DNA of 64,000 bases from an uncultured bacterium (GTDB taxonomy: Bacteria; Patescibacteriota; Minisyncoccia; UBA6257; 2-01-FULL-56-20). Location: positions 495,317-559,316 of the forward strand of contig CAVOJZ010000002.1 of assembly GCA_963696395.1 (NCBI GenBank), written 5' to 3'. Below are positions 43,212 to 53,396 of the stretch, piece by piece (the first letter of the stretch is position 1; each line of letters opens with the position of its first letter). Position numbers and translations under genes: made by a program. The notes under the pieces were generated by a model that saw nothing but the letters and a program-made list of their open reading frames with translations, made no database searches and was not told the DNA's origin.

Positions 43212-45350
43212 ATGTTAGAAAAAAAGCAGTTTTCGGTTGACGTTGCGGGAAAAACATTAACCATTGAGGTTTCGTCGCTTGCCGAGCAGGCGAACGCGGC
43301 TGTCATCGCAAAATACGGCGAGACCGTGGTTCTCGCGACTGCAGTGATGGGGCGGAAGGATGTCGAAATTGACTACATGCCGCTCAAGGTTGATTACGAA
43401 GAAAAATTTTACGCTGCCGGCAAAATTATCGGCAGCCGATATGTGCGCCGCGAAGGACGTTCGTCCGAAGAGGCAATTCTTGCGGGACGTCTTGTTGACC
43501 GCACCGTCCGGCCGTTATTCGATAATCGCGTCCGCCGCGAAATGCAGGTGGTCGTGACTGTCTTGCAGATTGATGAGCAGAACGATCCGGAATTTGTGGG
43601 ACTCGTCGGTGCTTCAACGGCATTGCTCATTTCCGACATCCCCTGGAACGGACCGGTTGCCGGTGTGCGCCTCGCACAATTTTTGCCGGGCTCCGCGCCT
43701 GCGGGAGCAACGGGGCAGTTCATGGTGAACCCCGATAATTCCGTGGTGACCGACCAGACGACCGTTTTCGACGGTTTCATTTCCGGTTCCAAGGATCGGG
43801 TAAACATGATTGAGCTTGGCGGCCTCGATGCACAGGAGAAAGACATTCTCGCCGGCATCGAAGTTGCGCAGAAAGAGATTAATAAACTTGTTGAATTCCA
43901 GCTGAACATCCAAAAGGAAATCGGCAAACCGAAAGCACAGGTGGCGCTTGCGGAACCCGATCCGGAAGTGAAAGCGGCGGTTGAAGCATATTTGAGCGAT
44001 AAGCTCGAAGCTGCGGTTTATCGTCCCAGTAAAATGGAGGAACAGCACGCGGTTACCGCGCTCCGCGCCGATCTCGTGGCTCACATTAAAGAAAAATTTG
44101 TCGCAGAAGGAAAAACGGTGAATTGGAAGGCGGTTGAATTTATAATCGAAGAGATGATTAACGACCTCGTGCACAAAAATGTTCTCGAGAAAGATCGCCG
44201 TCCCGACGGCCGCGGTCTCACCGAAGTCCGCAAGCTCGACGGCGAAGTGAAATTGTTTTCCCGCACGCATGGCTCTGCGCTCTTCGTCCGCGGCAACACC
44301 CAATCGCTCGCTGTGGCAACACTCGCCGCGCCCGGTGCGGAACAACTCATCGAAACGATGGAAACCAACACCAAGCGGCGCTTTATGCTCCACTATAACT
44401 TCCCGCCGTTTTCGGTTGGTGAAGTCGGCAGTTTCCGCGGTCCCGGCCGGCGCGAAATCGGACACGGGAACCTCGCCCGCAAATCGCTTGAGCGCCTGAT
44501 CCCTTCCAAGGAGGAATTCCCGTATACTATCCGCGTCGTTTCGGAAATCATGTCTTCGAACGGTTCATCCTCGATGGCCACGGTTTGCGCATCATCGCTC
44601 GCGTTGATGGATGCCGGCGTGCCGCTCAAGAAGCCAGCCGCAGGCATCGCGATGGGCCTCATGATGAGCGACGTAAAGAACTTTAAAGTTCTTACGGATA
44701 TTCAGGGACCGGAAGACCATCATGGCGACATGGATTTGAAGGTTGCCGGCACTGATGATGGCGTCACCGGCATGCAGATGGACGTGAAAGTTGACGGACT
44801 CACACTCGAAATACTCGCGAAAGGATTGGAGGACGCGCGCAATGCACGAATTCACATTTTGAAAACCGTGAAGGCAACGCTTCCTGCGCCCCGCAAGGAA
44901 CTCTCGCCGTTTGTTCCGAAGATCATGACGCTCAAGATCAGTCCTTCGAAGATCGGCGCCGTGATCGGCCCCGGAGGCAAAATGATCAATGGCCTCATCG
45001 AGAAATATGCGCTTGCAGGCATTGACATCGATGAAGATGGCGGCGTATTCATTTCCGGCATGATTCTCGAGAACGTCGAGAAAGCGGCTGCTGACATCCG
45101 TTCGCTCACCCGCGAATTCAAAGGCGGCGAAATCGTTGAAGGCAACGTCATCAAGATTATGGAATTCGGCGCGATCGTTGATCTTGGAGGCGGCAAAGAC
45201 GGCATGATCCACGTCTCGGAGCTCAAACAGGGATTTGTGAAGAATGTCGAAGAGGTTTTGAAACTCGGCGATTTCGTCCGCGTAAAAATTATTAAGGTTG
45301 ACGAAGAAGGCGGCCGTATCGGCCTCTCCTTGAAGCAAATGGCCGCATAA
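43212..45350 (+). CDS. pnp: polyribonucleotide nucleotidyltransferase (PNPase)
   Basis: two RNase PH-like domains, KH and C-terminal S1 domain. Canonical position downstream of rpsO. Confidence 0.9.
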   Translation: MLEKKQFSVDVAGKTLTIEVSSLAEQANAAVIAKYGETVVLATAVMGRKDVEIDYMPLKVDYEEKFYAAGKIIGSRYVRREGRSSEEAILAGRLVDRTVRPLFDNRVRREMQVVVTVLQIDEQNDPEFVGLVGASTALLISDIPWNGPVAGVRLAQFLPGSAPAGATGQFMVNPDNSVVTDQTTVFDGFISGSKDRVNMIELGGLDAQEKDILAGIEVAQKEINKLVEFQLNIQKEIGKPKAQVALAEPDPEVKAAVEAYLSDKLEAAVYRPSKMEEQHAVTALRADLVAHIKEKFVAEGKTVNWKAVEFIIEEMINDLVHKNVLEKDRRPDGRGLTEVRKLDGEVKLFSRTHGSALFVRGNTQSLAVATLAAPGAEQLIETMETNTKRRFMLHYNFPPFSVGEVGSFRGPGRREIGHGNLARKSLERLIPSKEEFPYTIRVVSEIMSSNGSSSMATVCASSLALMDAGVPLKKPAAGIAMGLMMSDVKNFKVLTDIQGPEDHHGDMDLKVAGTDDGVTGMQMDVKVDGLTLEILAKGLEDARNARIHILKTVKATLPAPRKELSPFVPKIMTLKISPSKIGAVIGPGGKMINGLIEKYALAGIDIDEDGGVFISGMILENVEKAAADIRSLTREFKGGEIVEGNVIKIMEFGAIVDLGGGKDGMIHVSELKQGFVKNVEEVLKLGDFVRVKIIKVDEEGGRIGLSLKQMAA

Positions 45351-45372
45351 GCGGTGTGTTAAACTAAAATTA

Positions 45373-45684
45373 ATGGAAGGGATTCCTGAAATCAATCGAA
45401 CCCCGGAACACGAAACGGCGACGACTGTTTTACCGCCGCCGACCGAGGTAAAGATCCGGACGATGAAGTCGGATGTTGCAGGCCTCGCCGCAAGCGGAGG
45501 GGTTTTGCCGCGATTCCAAAACATTAAAGTTTCCGGATTGTCGCTCGAAAAGGGAATCGATACGCCCGAAGCGGTTCACAAGAACAGTGCTATCATCGCA
45601 GTCTTGATTACGGTTATCGCCGTTGTCGTGCTCGGAACACTTGTATATCTTGGCTATCGGATCCTAACGGGAGGCAGCATTTAG
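45373..45684 (+). CDS. small hypothetical protein with C-terminal TM helix
   Basis: 103-aa ORF, TM IIAVLITVIAVVVLGTLVYLGY. Confidence 0.3.
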   Translation: MEGIPEINRTPEHETATTVLPPPTEVKIRTMKSDVAGLAASGGVLPRFQNIKVSGLSLEKGIDTPEAVHKNSAIIAVLITVIAVVVLGTLVYLGYRILTGGSI

Positions 45685-45822
45685 CGCAGGAAATAAAACC
45701 GGCGGAATAATAAAAGGCGTTCTCGGGAACGGTGTCGCGACGTGCTCGTCGCGCACCTCATCTCTCGCCGCCTTCGCGGCTCCGAGATGCCCCTCGAACG
45801 TCTTTTATTATTCCGCCGGTTC

Positions 45823-46896
45823 CTATTCTTCTTTCTTCTCTTCCTTTGCCACGATGCCGACGCCGTCTTTTACGGCTTCGGTTGTTTTTTTCTTGATGGC
45901 GTCGAACATCTTCCGGTCTTCCTTTAATTTATTGCGTGCGTTATCAAAACCGGCGCCGAGCCGTTCGCCTTCAAAAGCAAAGCTCGATCCGGATTTTTTT
46001 ATGATGCCATGGTTTACCGCCGCGTTCAGAACGTCTCCTTCGTAGGAAATGCCTTCGCCGAAGAGAATATCAAATTCCGCAAACTTAAACGGTGACGCAA
46101 CTTTATTTTTTACAACTTTTGCTTTCACCCGGTTGCCGACTACGTTTTCGCCCTTCTTAACCTGGGCGATGCGGCGGATGTCGATGCGAACCGATGCCGC
46201 AAAAGGAAGCGCGCGACCGCCCGGGGTTGTCTCCGGATTACCAAACATTACGCCGATCTTCATGCGGATCTGGTTGATGAAAATGATGAGCGTGTGGCTG
46301 TTCGCCGCCATTGCAGTGAGCTTGCGGAGTGCCTGACCCATCATGCGCGCCTGGCGGCCGACGTGTTGCTCTCCCATCTCGCCGTCGAGCTCGGCCTGGG
46401 GCGTGAGCGCGGCAACGGAGTCAACGACAACGACAGAGATCATCGAGGATCGTACAAGGCTCTCTAGAATGTTGAGCGCCTCTTCACCGCTGTCCGGCTG
46501 GGAAATGAGAAGCTCGTTCACGTTTACGCCCAGTTTTTTTGCATATTCCGGATCCATGGCGTGCTCTGCGTCGATGAACGCCGCTTTGCCACCGCTTTTT
46601 TGCGCCTGGGCAACCACATTCAGAGCGAGCGTTGTTTTGCCGCTCGATTCCGGACCGAAAATTTCGACGACGCGTCCGCGAGGGAGGCCGCCGACGCCGA
46701 GGGCGAGGTCAAGTGAAAATGAACCGGTTGAAATAACGTCAACGTCCGTTTTTGGTACGTCGCCGAGCTTCATGATTGCCCCTTCCCCGAATTTTTCCTG
46801 CAAGGTGGCAAGGAGATTATCGAGATCTTTTGATTTATTTTCTTTCTGTCCCGCTTTTGCTTCCGCCCGAACATCCGCCTTTTTTGATGGTGTCAT
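45823..46896 (-). CDS. recA: recombinase RecA
   Basis: Walker [14 protein letters not shown]1/L2 loop regions, conserved ...[23 protein letters not shown]... Confidence 0.9.
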   Translation of the reverse strand: MTPSKKADVRAEAKAGQKENKSKDLDNLLATLQEKFGEGAIMKLGDVPKTDVDVISTGSFSLDLALGVGGLPRGRVVEIFGPESSGKTTLALNVVAQAQKSGGKAAFIDAEHAMDPEYAKKLGVNVNELLISQPDSGEEALNILESLVRSSMISVVVVDSVAALTPQAELDGEMGEQHVGRQARMMGQALRKLTAMAANSHTLIIFINQIRMKIGVMFGNPETTPGGRALPFAASVRIDIRRIAQVKKGENVVGNRVKAKVVKNKVASPFKFAEFDILFGEGISYEGDVLNAAVNHGIIKKSGSSFAFEGERLGAGFDNARNKLKEDRKMFDAIKKKTTEAVKDGVGIVAKEEKKEE

Positions 46897-46971
46897 AGAG
46901 CCATTATAGCAAGGCGCAGATTAAAAGAATATTAAAAAAGCAAAACGCAGAGATTTAGGCCCCGTCGCCTA

Positions 46972-47688
46972 CTAATAGTTTCCCGTGCTGGAAGTGCTGG
47001 TTCCCGAAGAGCCTGCTGGCGTTGTGCTTGCGGCGGTGGACGTCATCACGGGGCCCGACGTCGACCCTTCGTACCACACCTGTTCGGTCGCGTCGGTTTC
47101 GCCGCCGAGAAATTTTTTGGCTGTTATCTGGAAGGTATTGAGGCCGTTTTGGAGCAAAACGCCTTTTTGCCAGGTGCCGTCGGTTGCCGCCGTGACCGGG
47201 TCGCCATTCAAGCTGATCGAATCAGCATTATGGCTCGTGCCCTGGATGATGATCGTATCTTGCGTCGCCGTGTAGGGACTTTGCAAAGGGAAAGTGACCG
47301 AGAGCGACGGTTTGCCGACAATTCTCGTGAATTGGAATATGAGATAGATGAGCACGAGAACGCCCGCGCCGATCGCCCAAAGATATTTCGGAGGTGCCGT
47401 TTTTAGGAAGCGATTTTTCGGCAGTATGTCGAGCTCGCCGGAATTCTTGGCGCCACTTTTCAGGCGGTTCCACCATGCAGCTCCGTCGAAATCGAGAACC
47501 TTGCCGAGACGGATGAGGTATCCCCGAAAATAAGGTGCGGATGGGATATGGCCGAAATCGCCCCGGAGCAGATTTTCGATGTGTACCGGCGCAATGCCGG
47601 TCGCGTCCGCCAATTTTTTCAGGGAATAGCCCTTTGCTTTGATGCGTTCGGCGAAGAATTGTTCAAAAGAAATCTCCTCGGGATTCAT
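46972..47688 (-). CDS. RodZ-like protein (N-terminal XRE HTH, TM helix, C-terminal DUF4115-like domain)
   Basis: HTH LKKLADATGIAPVHIENLLRGDFGHIPSAPYFRGYLIRLGKVL typical of RodZ, central TM, C-terminal beta-rich domain. Confidence 0.45.
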   Translation of the reverse strand: MNPEEISFEQFFAERIKAKGYSLKKLADATGIAPVHIENLLRGDFGHIPSAPYFRGYLIRLGKVLDFDGAAWWNRLKSGAKNSGELDILPKNRFLKTAPPKYLWAIGAGVLVLIYLIFQFTRIVGKPSLSVTFPLQSPYTATQDTIIIQGTSHNADSISLNGDPVTAATDGTWQKGVLLQNGLNTFQITAKKFLGGETDATEQVWYEGSTSGPVMTSTAASTTPAGSSGTSTSSTGNY

Positions 47689-47724
47689 ACCGTGATTTTA
47701 GCACAAAAATCGCAACAAGGGAGT

Positions 47725-49905
47725 TTACGTGAGCCGAGTCGAAATTTTGTCTTCGTTTACGTCGCGTGGCTTCGCTCCGTCGCCGGGACCGATATAGTCG
47801 CCGGCCTCCATAAGATCGAGCAGGCGTGCCGCGCGTGCATAGCCAACTTTTAGTCTGCGTTGCAGAAGCGAAGCGGACGCCTTCTTTGCTTCGAGGACTA
47901 CGGCGAGCGCTTCGTCAAAAAGATCATCGTCTTCATCGCCGCCTGATCCGTTTTCCATGAATGCGTCAAAGGTTTGAGGACCCATGATCCCGCCGCCGAC
48001 ACCGAGCGGCGCGGGACCGCCTTTTTCGATATCCTCTTCTTCGCGCTCCACCATTTCAACTTTGTTATTATCGCGGACGAAATTTGCAACAGCTTTAATT
48101 TCCTCTTCCGTGATGTAGGCGCCCTGGATACGTTTCGGTTTCGAAAGTTCAGCGGAGATAAAGAGCAGGTCGCCATGGCCAAGCAATTTTTCCGCGCCCG
48201 AAGTATCAAGAATAGTCCGTGAATCAATCTGGGATGCAACCTGAAGAGCAATGCGCGAGGTGATGTTGGCTTTGATGAGGCCCGTGATGACTTCAACGGA
48301 CGGGCGCTGGGTTGCAAGCAACAGGTGGATACCGGTCGCGCGCGCCATCTGGGCAAGGCGCACGATCGAGCCTTCCACCTCGCGACCGTAGGAGGTCATC
48401 AGGTCCGCCATCTCGTCTATGCCGATCAAAATGAAGGGCAATGCGTCCGAAGGATTTCCCGCGTTATAGCTCTTAATATCACGGCTGCCGGCCTTCTGGA
48501 GCAGTTCATAGCGGCGTTCCATCTCCTGGATAGCCCATTTCAAAACGCCGACAGCTTTTTTGTTGTCCGTGATGACAGGGCTGATCAAGTGGGGGATGCC
48601 GTCGTAAATGGAAAGCTCGACGCGCTTCGGATCGATCAGCGCCATCTTCAAAGTTTGCGGGGAATTTTTATATAAAAGAGAGGTTAAAAGAGAATGGACA
48701 AGAATGGATTTTCCCGAACCGGTTGCGCCGGCAACAAGCATGTGCGGCATCTTCTCGATGTTTGCAAAAATCGGCTCACCGCTCACGTCGCGTCCGAGCA
48801 CGAAGCCGAGCGGCCCCGATGCATTGAACTCCGGATAATTCATTAAGCTGCCGAGCCGCACGAGCGCCGCCGTTTTATTCGGGACTTCGATGCCGACAAG
48901 AGACTTGCCCGGAATCGGAGCCTCGATGCGGATCGGATGTGCGGCAAGCGAAAGAGCAAGGTCGGCGTTCAGCGCCGTGATGCGCGAAAGCTTCACGCCT
49001 TCCGCCGGTTTCAAAGTGTAGCGCGTGACGGCGGGGCCGACGTTAATCTCGCCCATCTCAACCGGAATGCCGAAACTGTCGAGTGTTCGCTTGATGATGT
49101 TTGCGTGCGCAAGAAGGTCTCCTGTCGTGGGTTTTGTGCTGTCAGAGTTCAGGAGCGAAAGCGGAGGGGGAACATAGTTTGTGAAAACAGGCATTTTGAT
49201 CTTCCTCGGCTTGCCGGAATCTTTCGAATCTTTATGTTCCTTCACGGAAATTTCTTCAAGCTCTTCCGTGGCATCTTTGTCTTTCTTGCCCGCCGATTTC
49301 TTTTCGTCTCCATTATCTCCGCCTTCCGGTTCGTCATCGTTCGTCCCCGTGACGAGGAGTGGTTTGTCGTCCTCTTCGGTAGCTTTCTTAGCCATCCGGC
49401 GAACCTTGAGAGGCACGTTGGCTGTCACAAGGATGGCGACAATAAAAATGAAGACGTTAATAACGTCCGCAGCCGGTGTGCCGAATGGCGAGCGGAGCGA
49501 ACCAAGAACGAGCCCGAGCCATCCTCCGTTGCCCGGGGAGGCAAGCTCAACCAGTCCAAGGAATGAAAGGATAAAGAGCAGTGCGCCGATCATGGTCATG
49601 CCGGCGATTTTCTTTTGGCCTGCAAAAAGGAACACGGTCGCAGCAAAAAAGAGCGCAACGGGCAAAATAAAATATCCCCAGCCGAAAAGGGCATCGAGCC
49701 CTCTATATATGTCATCTCCGGCCGGCCCAGCTTTTGCGAAGCCCGCGAGGATCAGGATGATCGCCGCGCAGACGAGCCCGATCGCCCAGATGCTGTTTTT
49801 GGTGTCGGGATGGAGGCGCGGCTCCTGCGGCTCCGCGGCGCGGACCTGCCGTCCACCATTCCGCTCGCGGCGGCCATCGTTCTTCGACCCATTCTTCTTT
49901 GCCAT
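47725..49905 (-). CDS. ftsK: DNA translocase FtsK/SpoIIIE
   Basis: N-terminal TM helices, linker, Walker A GATGSGKS, C-terminal gamma wHTH domain. Confidence 0.85.
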   Translation of the reverse strand: MAKKNGSKNDGRRERNGGRQVRAAEPQEPRLHPDTKNSIWAIGLVCAAIILILAGFAKAGPAGDDIYRGLDALFGWGYFILPVALFFAATVFLFAGQKKIAGMTMIGALLFILSFLGLVELASPGNGGWLGLVLGSLRSPFGTPAADVINVFIFIVAILVTANVPLKVRRMAKKATEEDDKPLLVTGTNDDEPEGGDNGDEKKSAGKKDKDATEELEEISVKEHKDSKDSGKPRKIKMPVFTNYVPPPLSLLNSDSTKPTTGDLLAHANIIKRTLDSFGIPVEMGEINVGPAVTRYTLKPAEGVKLSRITALNADLALSLAAHPIRIEAPIPGKSLVGIEVPNKTAALVRLGSLMNYPEFNASGPLGFVLGRDVSGEPIFANIEKMPHMLVAGATGSGKSILVHSLLTSLLYKNSPQTLKMALIDPKRVELSIYDGIPHLISPVITDNKKAVGVLKWAIQEMERRYELLQKAGSRDIKSYNAGNPSDALPFILIGIDEMADLMTSYGREVEGSIVRLAQMARATGIHLLLATQRPSVEVITGLIKANITSRIALQVASQIDSRTILDTSGAEKLLGHGDLLFISAELSKPKRIQGAYITEEEIKAVANFVRDNNKVEMVEREEEDIEKGGPAPLGVGGGIMGPQTFDAFMENGSGGDEDDDLFDEALAVVLEAKKASASLLQRRLKVGYARAARLLDLMEAGDYIGPGDGAKPRDVNEDKISTRLT

Positions 49906-49962
49906 TATGGATGTATTTTAGCACAAAAATTCATTTCCACAGCGTTTTGCTACAATTGAGAT

Positions 49963-50742
49963 GTGAAAACTTTCTCCGACAAAGAACTTATCGTCTTCGA
50001 CCTTGATGGAACGCTCACGCCAAGCAAGGCGCCCATGAAGGATGATGTTGCGAAGATGCTGTTGCGGCTTTTGCAAAAGAAAAAAGTGGCCGTCATCGGA
50101 GGCGGAAGATATAAGCAGTTCCGCGAGCAGCTCGTAAAGCGCTTGCCGGGTCGCGGCGAGGAACTGACGCGCCTGTCGCTTTTTCCGACAACTTCAAGCG
50201 CTTTTTATCGCTATCACCATGGATGGAAAAATGTTTACAACCTTGAGCTTCCCCGTCGGGAAAAAGCAAAAATCAGAAAGTCGCTCAATGAGGTTTTTCA
50301 CGAAGTTGGATATGTCCACCCCAAAAAAGTGTACGGCGTGACTCTTGAAGACCGGGGAACGCAGATGAGCTTCTCGCCTCTCGGACAGGATATCGTGACG
50401 GCGCTCGGAACGAGGGGCATCCGCTTAAAAGAAGAATGGAAAAAAAAGAATGACCCTTTGCGATTGAAAATCGCAAAACTGCTCCAGAAAAAATTGCCCC
50501 ACCTCGAGGTGCGCGTCGGTGGATTAACCACTATCGATATCACGCGGAAAGGCATCGATAAGGCCTATGGCATCAGGCAGATTAAAAAAGTATTAAAGAT
50601 TCCTATCGGGAAGATGCTTTTTGTGGGTGACGCCCTCTACCCGGGTGGCAATGATTATGCGGCAAAAAAAACCGGCGTGCTGTGCGTTGCCGTGCGTGGA
50701 CCGGCAGATACAAAAAAAATCATTAAAAAAATATTACGTTGA
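49963..50742 (+). CDS. HAD-superfamily hydrolase, subfamily IIB (phosphomannomutase-like)
   Basis: motif I FDLDGTLT, GGGRY..F.EQL reminiscent of PMM-type HAD-IIB, motif IV GD......ND. Confidence 0.5.
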   Translation: MKTFSDKELIVFDLDGTLTPSKAPMKDDVAKMLLRLLQKKKVAVIGGGRYKQFREQLVKRLPGRGEELTRLSLFPTTSSAFYRYHHGWKNVYNLELPRREKAKIRKSLNEVFHEVGYVHPKKVYGVTLEDRGTQMSFSPLGQDIVTALGTRGIRLKEEWKKKNDPLRLKIAKLLQKKLPHLEVRVGGLTTIDITRKGIDKAYGIRQIKKVLKIPIGKMLFVGDALYPGGNDYAAKKTGVLCVAVRGPADTKKIIKKILR

Positions 50743-50775
50743 CAATCCGCATTCGCTTGCAGTAAACTGCCGGTA

Positions 50776-51255
50776 ATGACAGATTTCCTTAACAGTTCGC
50801 TCGGTGTACGGTTAACCGTCGATCAGGTGGTCGAGGAGATTGTTTCGTACATGAAAGCGGACCTCACGCGCCGATATAAGATAACCATCGGCACCGACTC
50901 GGAATTGCTGGCGGCGAAGGATGCGGATTTCGTCACCGCGATCGTCGTGCATCGGGTTGGCAACGGCGGCCGCTACTTCTGGCGCCGTTTTGAACTGGGA
51001 AAATTCCACACGCTGCGGGACCGCATCATCAAAGAGGTTTTGATTTCACTCGAAGTGGCGCAGAAGGTTCTCGATCAGCTCAAAAAATTTCCGCTTCCGG
51101 AATTTGATTTTGAAATCCACGCGGATTGCGGCGAGAACGGACCGACGAAAGCCGTAATCCAGGAAGTCGTCGGCATGATCCGCGCGCACAATTTTGAGGC
51201 GCGGACAAAGCCATTCAGCTACGCAGCCACGAACGTTGCCGACCGGCACGTATAG
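50776..51255 (+). CDS. hypothetical protein (possibly RNase H-like DUF458/YkuK-type)
   Basis: ITIGTDSE motif near the N-terminus. Weak recognition only. Confidence 0.3.
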   Translation: MTDFLNSSLGVRLTVDQVVEEIVSYMKADLTRRYKITIGTDSELLAAKDADFVTAIVVHRVGNGGRYFWRRFELGKFHTLRDRIIKEVLISLEVAQKVLDQLKKFPLPEFDFEIHADCGENGPTKAVIQEVVGMIRAHNFEARTKPFSYAATNVADRHV

Positions 51256-51284
51256 GGGCTCGAAGAATTCACTTTATAAATAGC

Positions 51285-51863
51285 ATGGACACCCTTGTCT
51301 TTGACATTGAAACATCGAATTATTTTACCGACCCGGGCGTGGGATGGGATAATTTTGACGCGCTCAAAATTTCTGTCGTCGGCATTTATTCATACGACGA
51401 AGATAAATATTATTGCTACGAGGAGAAAGAGATGGAGAAAATCGCCGAGCTTTTCAGCCGTGCGAAAACCATCGTCGGATTCAGCATGAATCGTTACGAC
51501 ATCCCTGTTCTCAATAGTTATTTCCAGAAATTGCGCCTTGCGGTGCCGAATCTATGGGAGAAAGAGCGCGTGGATCTTCTGGAAGAGATCGAAAGGGTTA
51601 TGAACCAGCGTATCAGCCTCAGCAAGCTTGCCGAAGCGAATCTTGGGGTAAAGAAAGATATGCACGGCTCGGAGGCCATCAGGCTTTTTAACGAAGGAAA
51701 AATCGAAGAACTGAAAGAATATTGCCTTAATGACGTGAAGCTCACGAAGGAGCTGTATGATCTTTATGTATCGCAGAATTATTTTCTCATGCCGGACAAA
51801 AAGACCGGCGAAATTGTGAAAGTGGAATTTGCCAAGCATGCCGTCACGCCACGGATAGTTTAA
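51285..51863 (+). CDS. DEDD-family 3'-5' exonuclease (DnaQ-like / RNase H-like fold)
   Basis: Exo I motif VFDIETS, Exo II FSMNRYDIPVL, Exo III YCLNDVKLT. Confidence 0.5.
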   Translation: MDTLVFDIETSNYFTDPGVGWDNFDALKISVVGIYSYDEDKYYCYEEKEMEKIAELFSRAKTIVGFSMNRYDIPVLNSYFQKLRLAVPNLWEKERVDLLEEIERVMNQRISLSKLAEANLGVKKDMHGSEAIRLFNEGKIEELKEYCLNDVKLTKELYDLYVSQNYFLMPDKKTGEIVKVEFAKHAVTPRIV

Positions 51864-52211
51864 GAGCATTGACACCCCGCCGCTCTATTATATTCTTGAA
51901 TGAGCACATCCTGTGCGCGTGGAGGAATATGAATTGAAAAGCCAGTTTAGTCAGGGCACGATAATTGTGGCGATTTGGTTTTCGGGATGTTCACTCGGAG
52001 TTTTTGCGTGGCGCCGCATTTTGAGGTTTGCACATGGTGCTTCGTGGGGAATGCCAATCGCCGGCGCAATCGCGTTCCTTGTGACACTCGCTTTTATTTG
52101 TTCATTCGTGATTCCTTTTGCGAATCGCATAACAGCGAGTTGCGCGGAAAAGAAGACGGGCAAGGTATAACCTTGCCCTTTTTGTTTTGCAGGGCATATA
52201 GTAAAGGCACC

Positions 52212-53384
52212 ATGAACCCCCGTATCTATTTGGACTATGCAGCCTCGACGCCGGTTGACCCGCGCGTCATTAGTGCCATGAGCCCTTATTTTGCGGAAAA
52301 ATTCGGCAATCCCGGCTCGGTCCATTCTTTTGGCCAGGCAGCAATCTCTGCGATAGACAAATCCCGGGAAACGATCGCAAAGCATCTTGGCGCTGATTTT
52401 CGCCAGGTGATTTTTACCGCATCGGCCACGGAGGCAAACAATCTTGTGCTCCGAAGCGCGGCAACCATCGCGCGCAGCGAATCATTAAAAAATCCTAAAA
52501 TAATTATTTCATGCATTGAACATGAATCAATTTTGGAAACCGCGTGCGCTTTGGAAAAAGAAGGCGTTGAGGTCGTTTATCTTCCGGCTGATTCCAGCGG
52601 CATTGTTGACGTGGATAAACTGAAAACAGAACTCAATGGACGGACGGTGCTCGTTTCCATCATGTCTGCCAATAATGAAGTTGGCACGATCCAGCCGATA
52701 GCGGAAGTTGCGAAAATCATCGAAACATTCAGGAGTTCAAAAATTCCGCTCTTTCATGTGGACGCCGCGCAGGCCTTTCAATTTTTGGAATGCACGACCG
52801 GCGCAGGGGATGGTCCAAAAATAGATTTCATGACTATTTCATCGCACAAGATGTATGGGCCGAAGGGATCCGGAGCGCTTTTCGCGCGCGATCCAAAACT
52901 TATTACACCGCAGCTCGAGGGCGGCGGACAGGAATTTGGATTGCGATCTGGTACGGAAAATGTCCCGGCGATCGTCGGATTCGCGAAAGCGGTTGAGCTC
53001 ATCGCGGTAAGCCGTCAGGAAGAAAATAAAAGAATTACAGGTTTGCGTGATGAGCTGTGGGATGGGATCAGGAAGATTACAAAAGACGTCGAGCTAAATG
53101 GTACTCAAAAAGAACGGCTCCCGAATATTCTAAACGTCTACTTCCCTGGCCACGATGCGCAGGATCTTTTAACGCAGTTTGACCTTCGGGGCCTCGCCGC
53201 ATCTTCCGGGTCTGCATGCCGCTCGCGAGCGATCGAGCCTTCCTATGTGCTCCGCGCGATGGGCTTTTCGCAGGAACGCGCAAAATCGAGCGTTCGATTT
53301 AGTCTCGGGAGGCCAACCACTAAAGACGAAATATCGCGGGCGCTCGGCGTCATACGTGAAACTTTTTTCCAAAAAAAGTCGTAA
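52212..53384 (+). CDS. cysteine desulfurase (IscS/NifS family, class V aminotransferase)
   Basis: YLDYAASTP N-terminal motif, PLP-Lys SSHKMYGPKG, catalytic Cys loop SSGSACRS. Start at ATG 52212. Confidence 0.8.
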   Translation: MNPRIYLDYAASTPVDPRVISAMSPYFAEKFGNPGSVHSFGQAAISAIDKSRETIAKHLGADFRQVIFTASATEANNLVLRSAATIARSESLKNPKIIISCIEHESILETACALEKEGVEVVYLPADSSGIVDVDKLKTELNGRTVLVSIMSANNEVGTIQPIAEVAKIIETFRSSKIPLFHVDAAQAFQFLECTTGAGDGPKIDFMTISSHKMYGPKGSGALFARDPKLITPQLEGGGQEFGLRSGTENVPAIVGFAKAVELIAVSRQEENKRITGLRDELWDGIRKITKDVELNGTQKERLPNILNVYFPGHDAQDLLTQFDLRGLAASSGSACRSRAIEPSYVLRAMGFSQERAKSSVRFSLGRPTTKDEISRALGVIRETFFQKKS

Positions 53385-53396
53385 TAAAGAGTAGGC

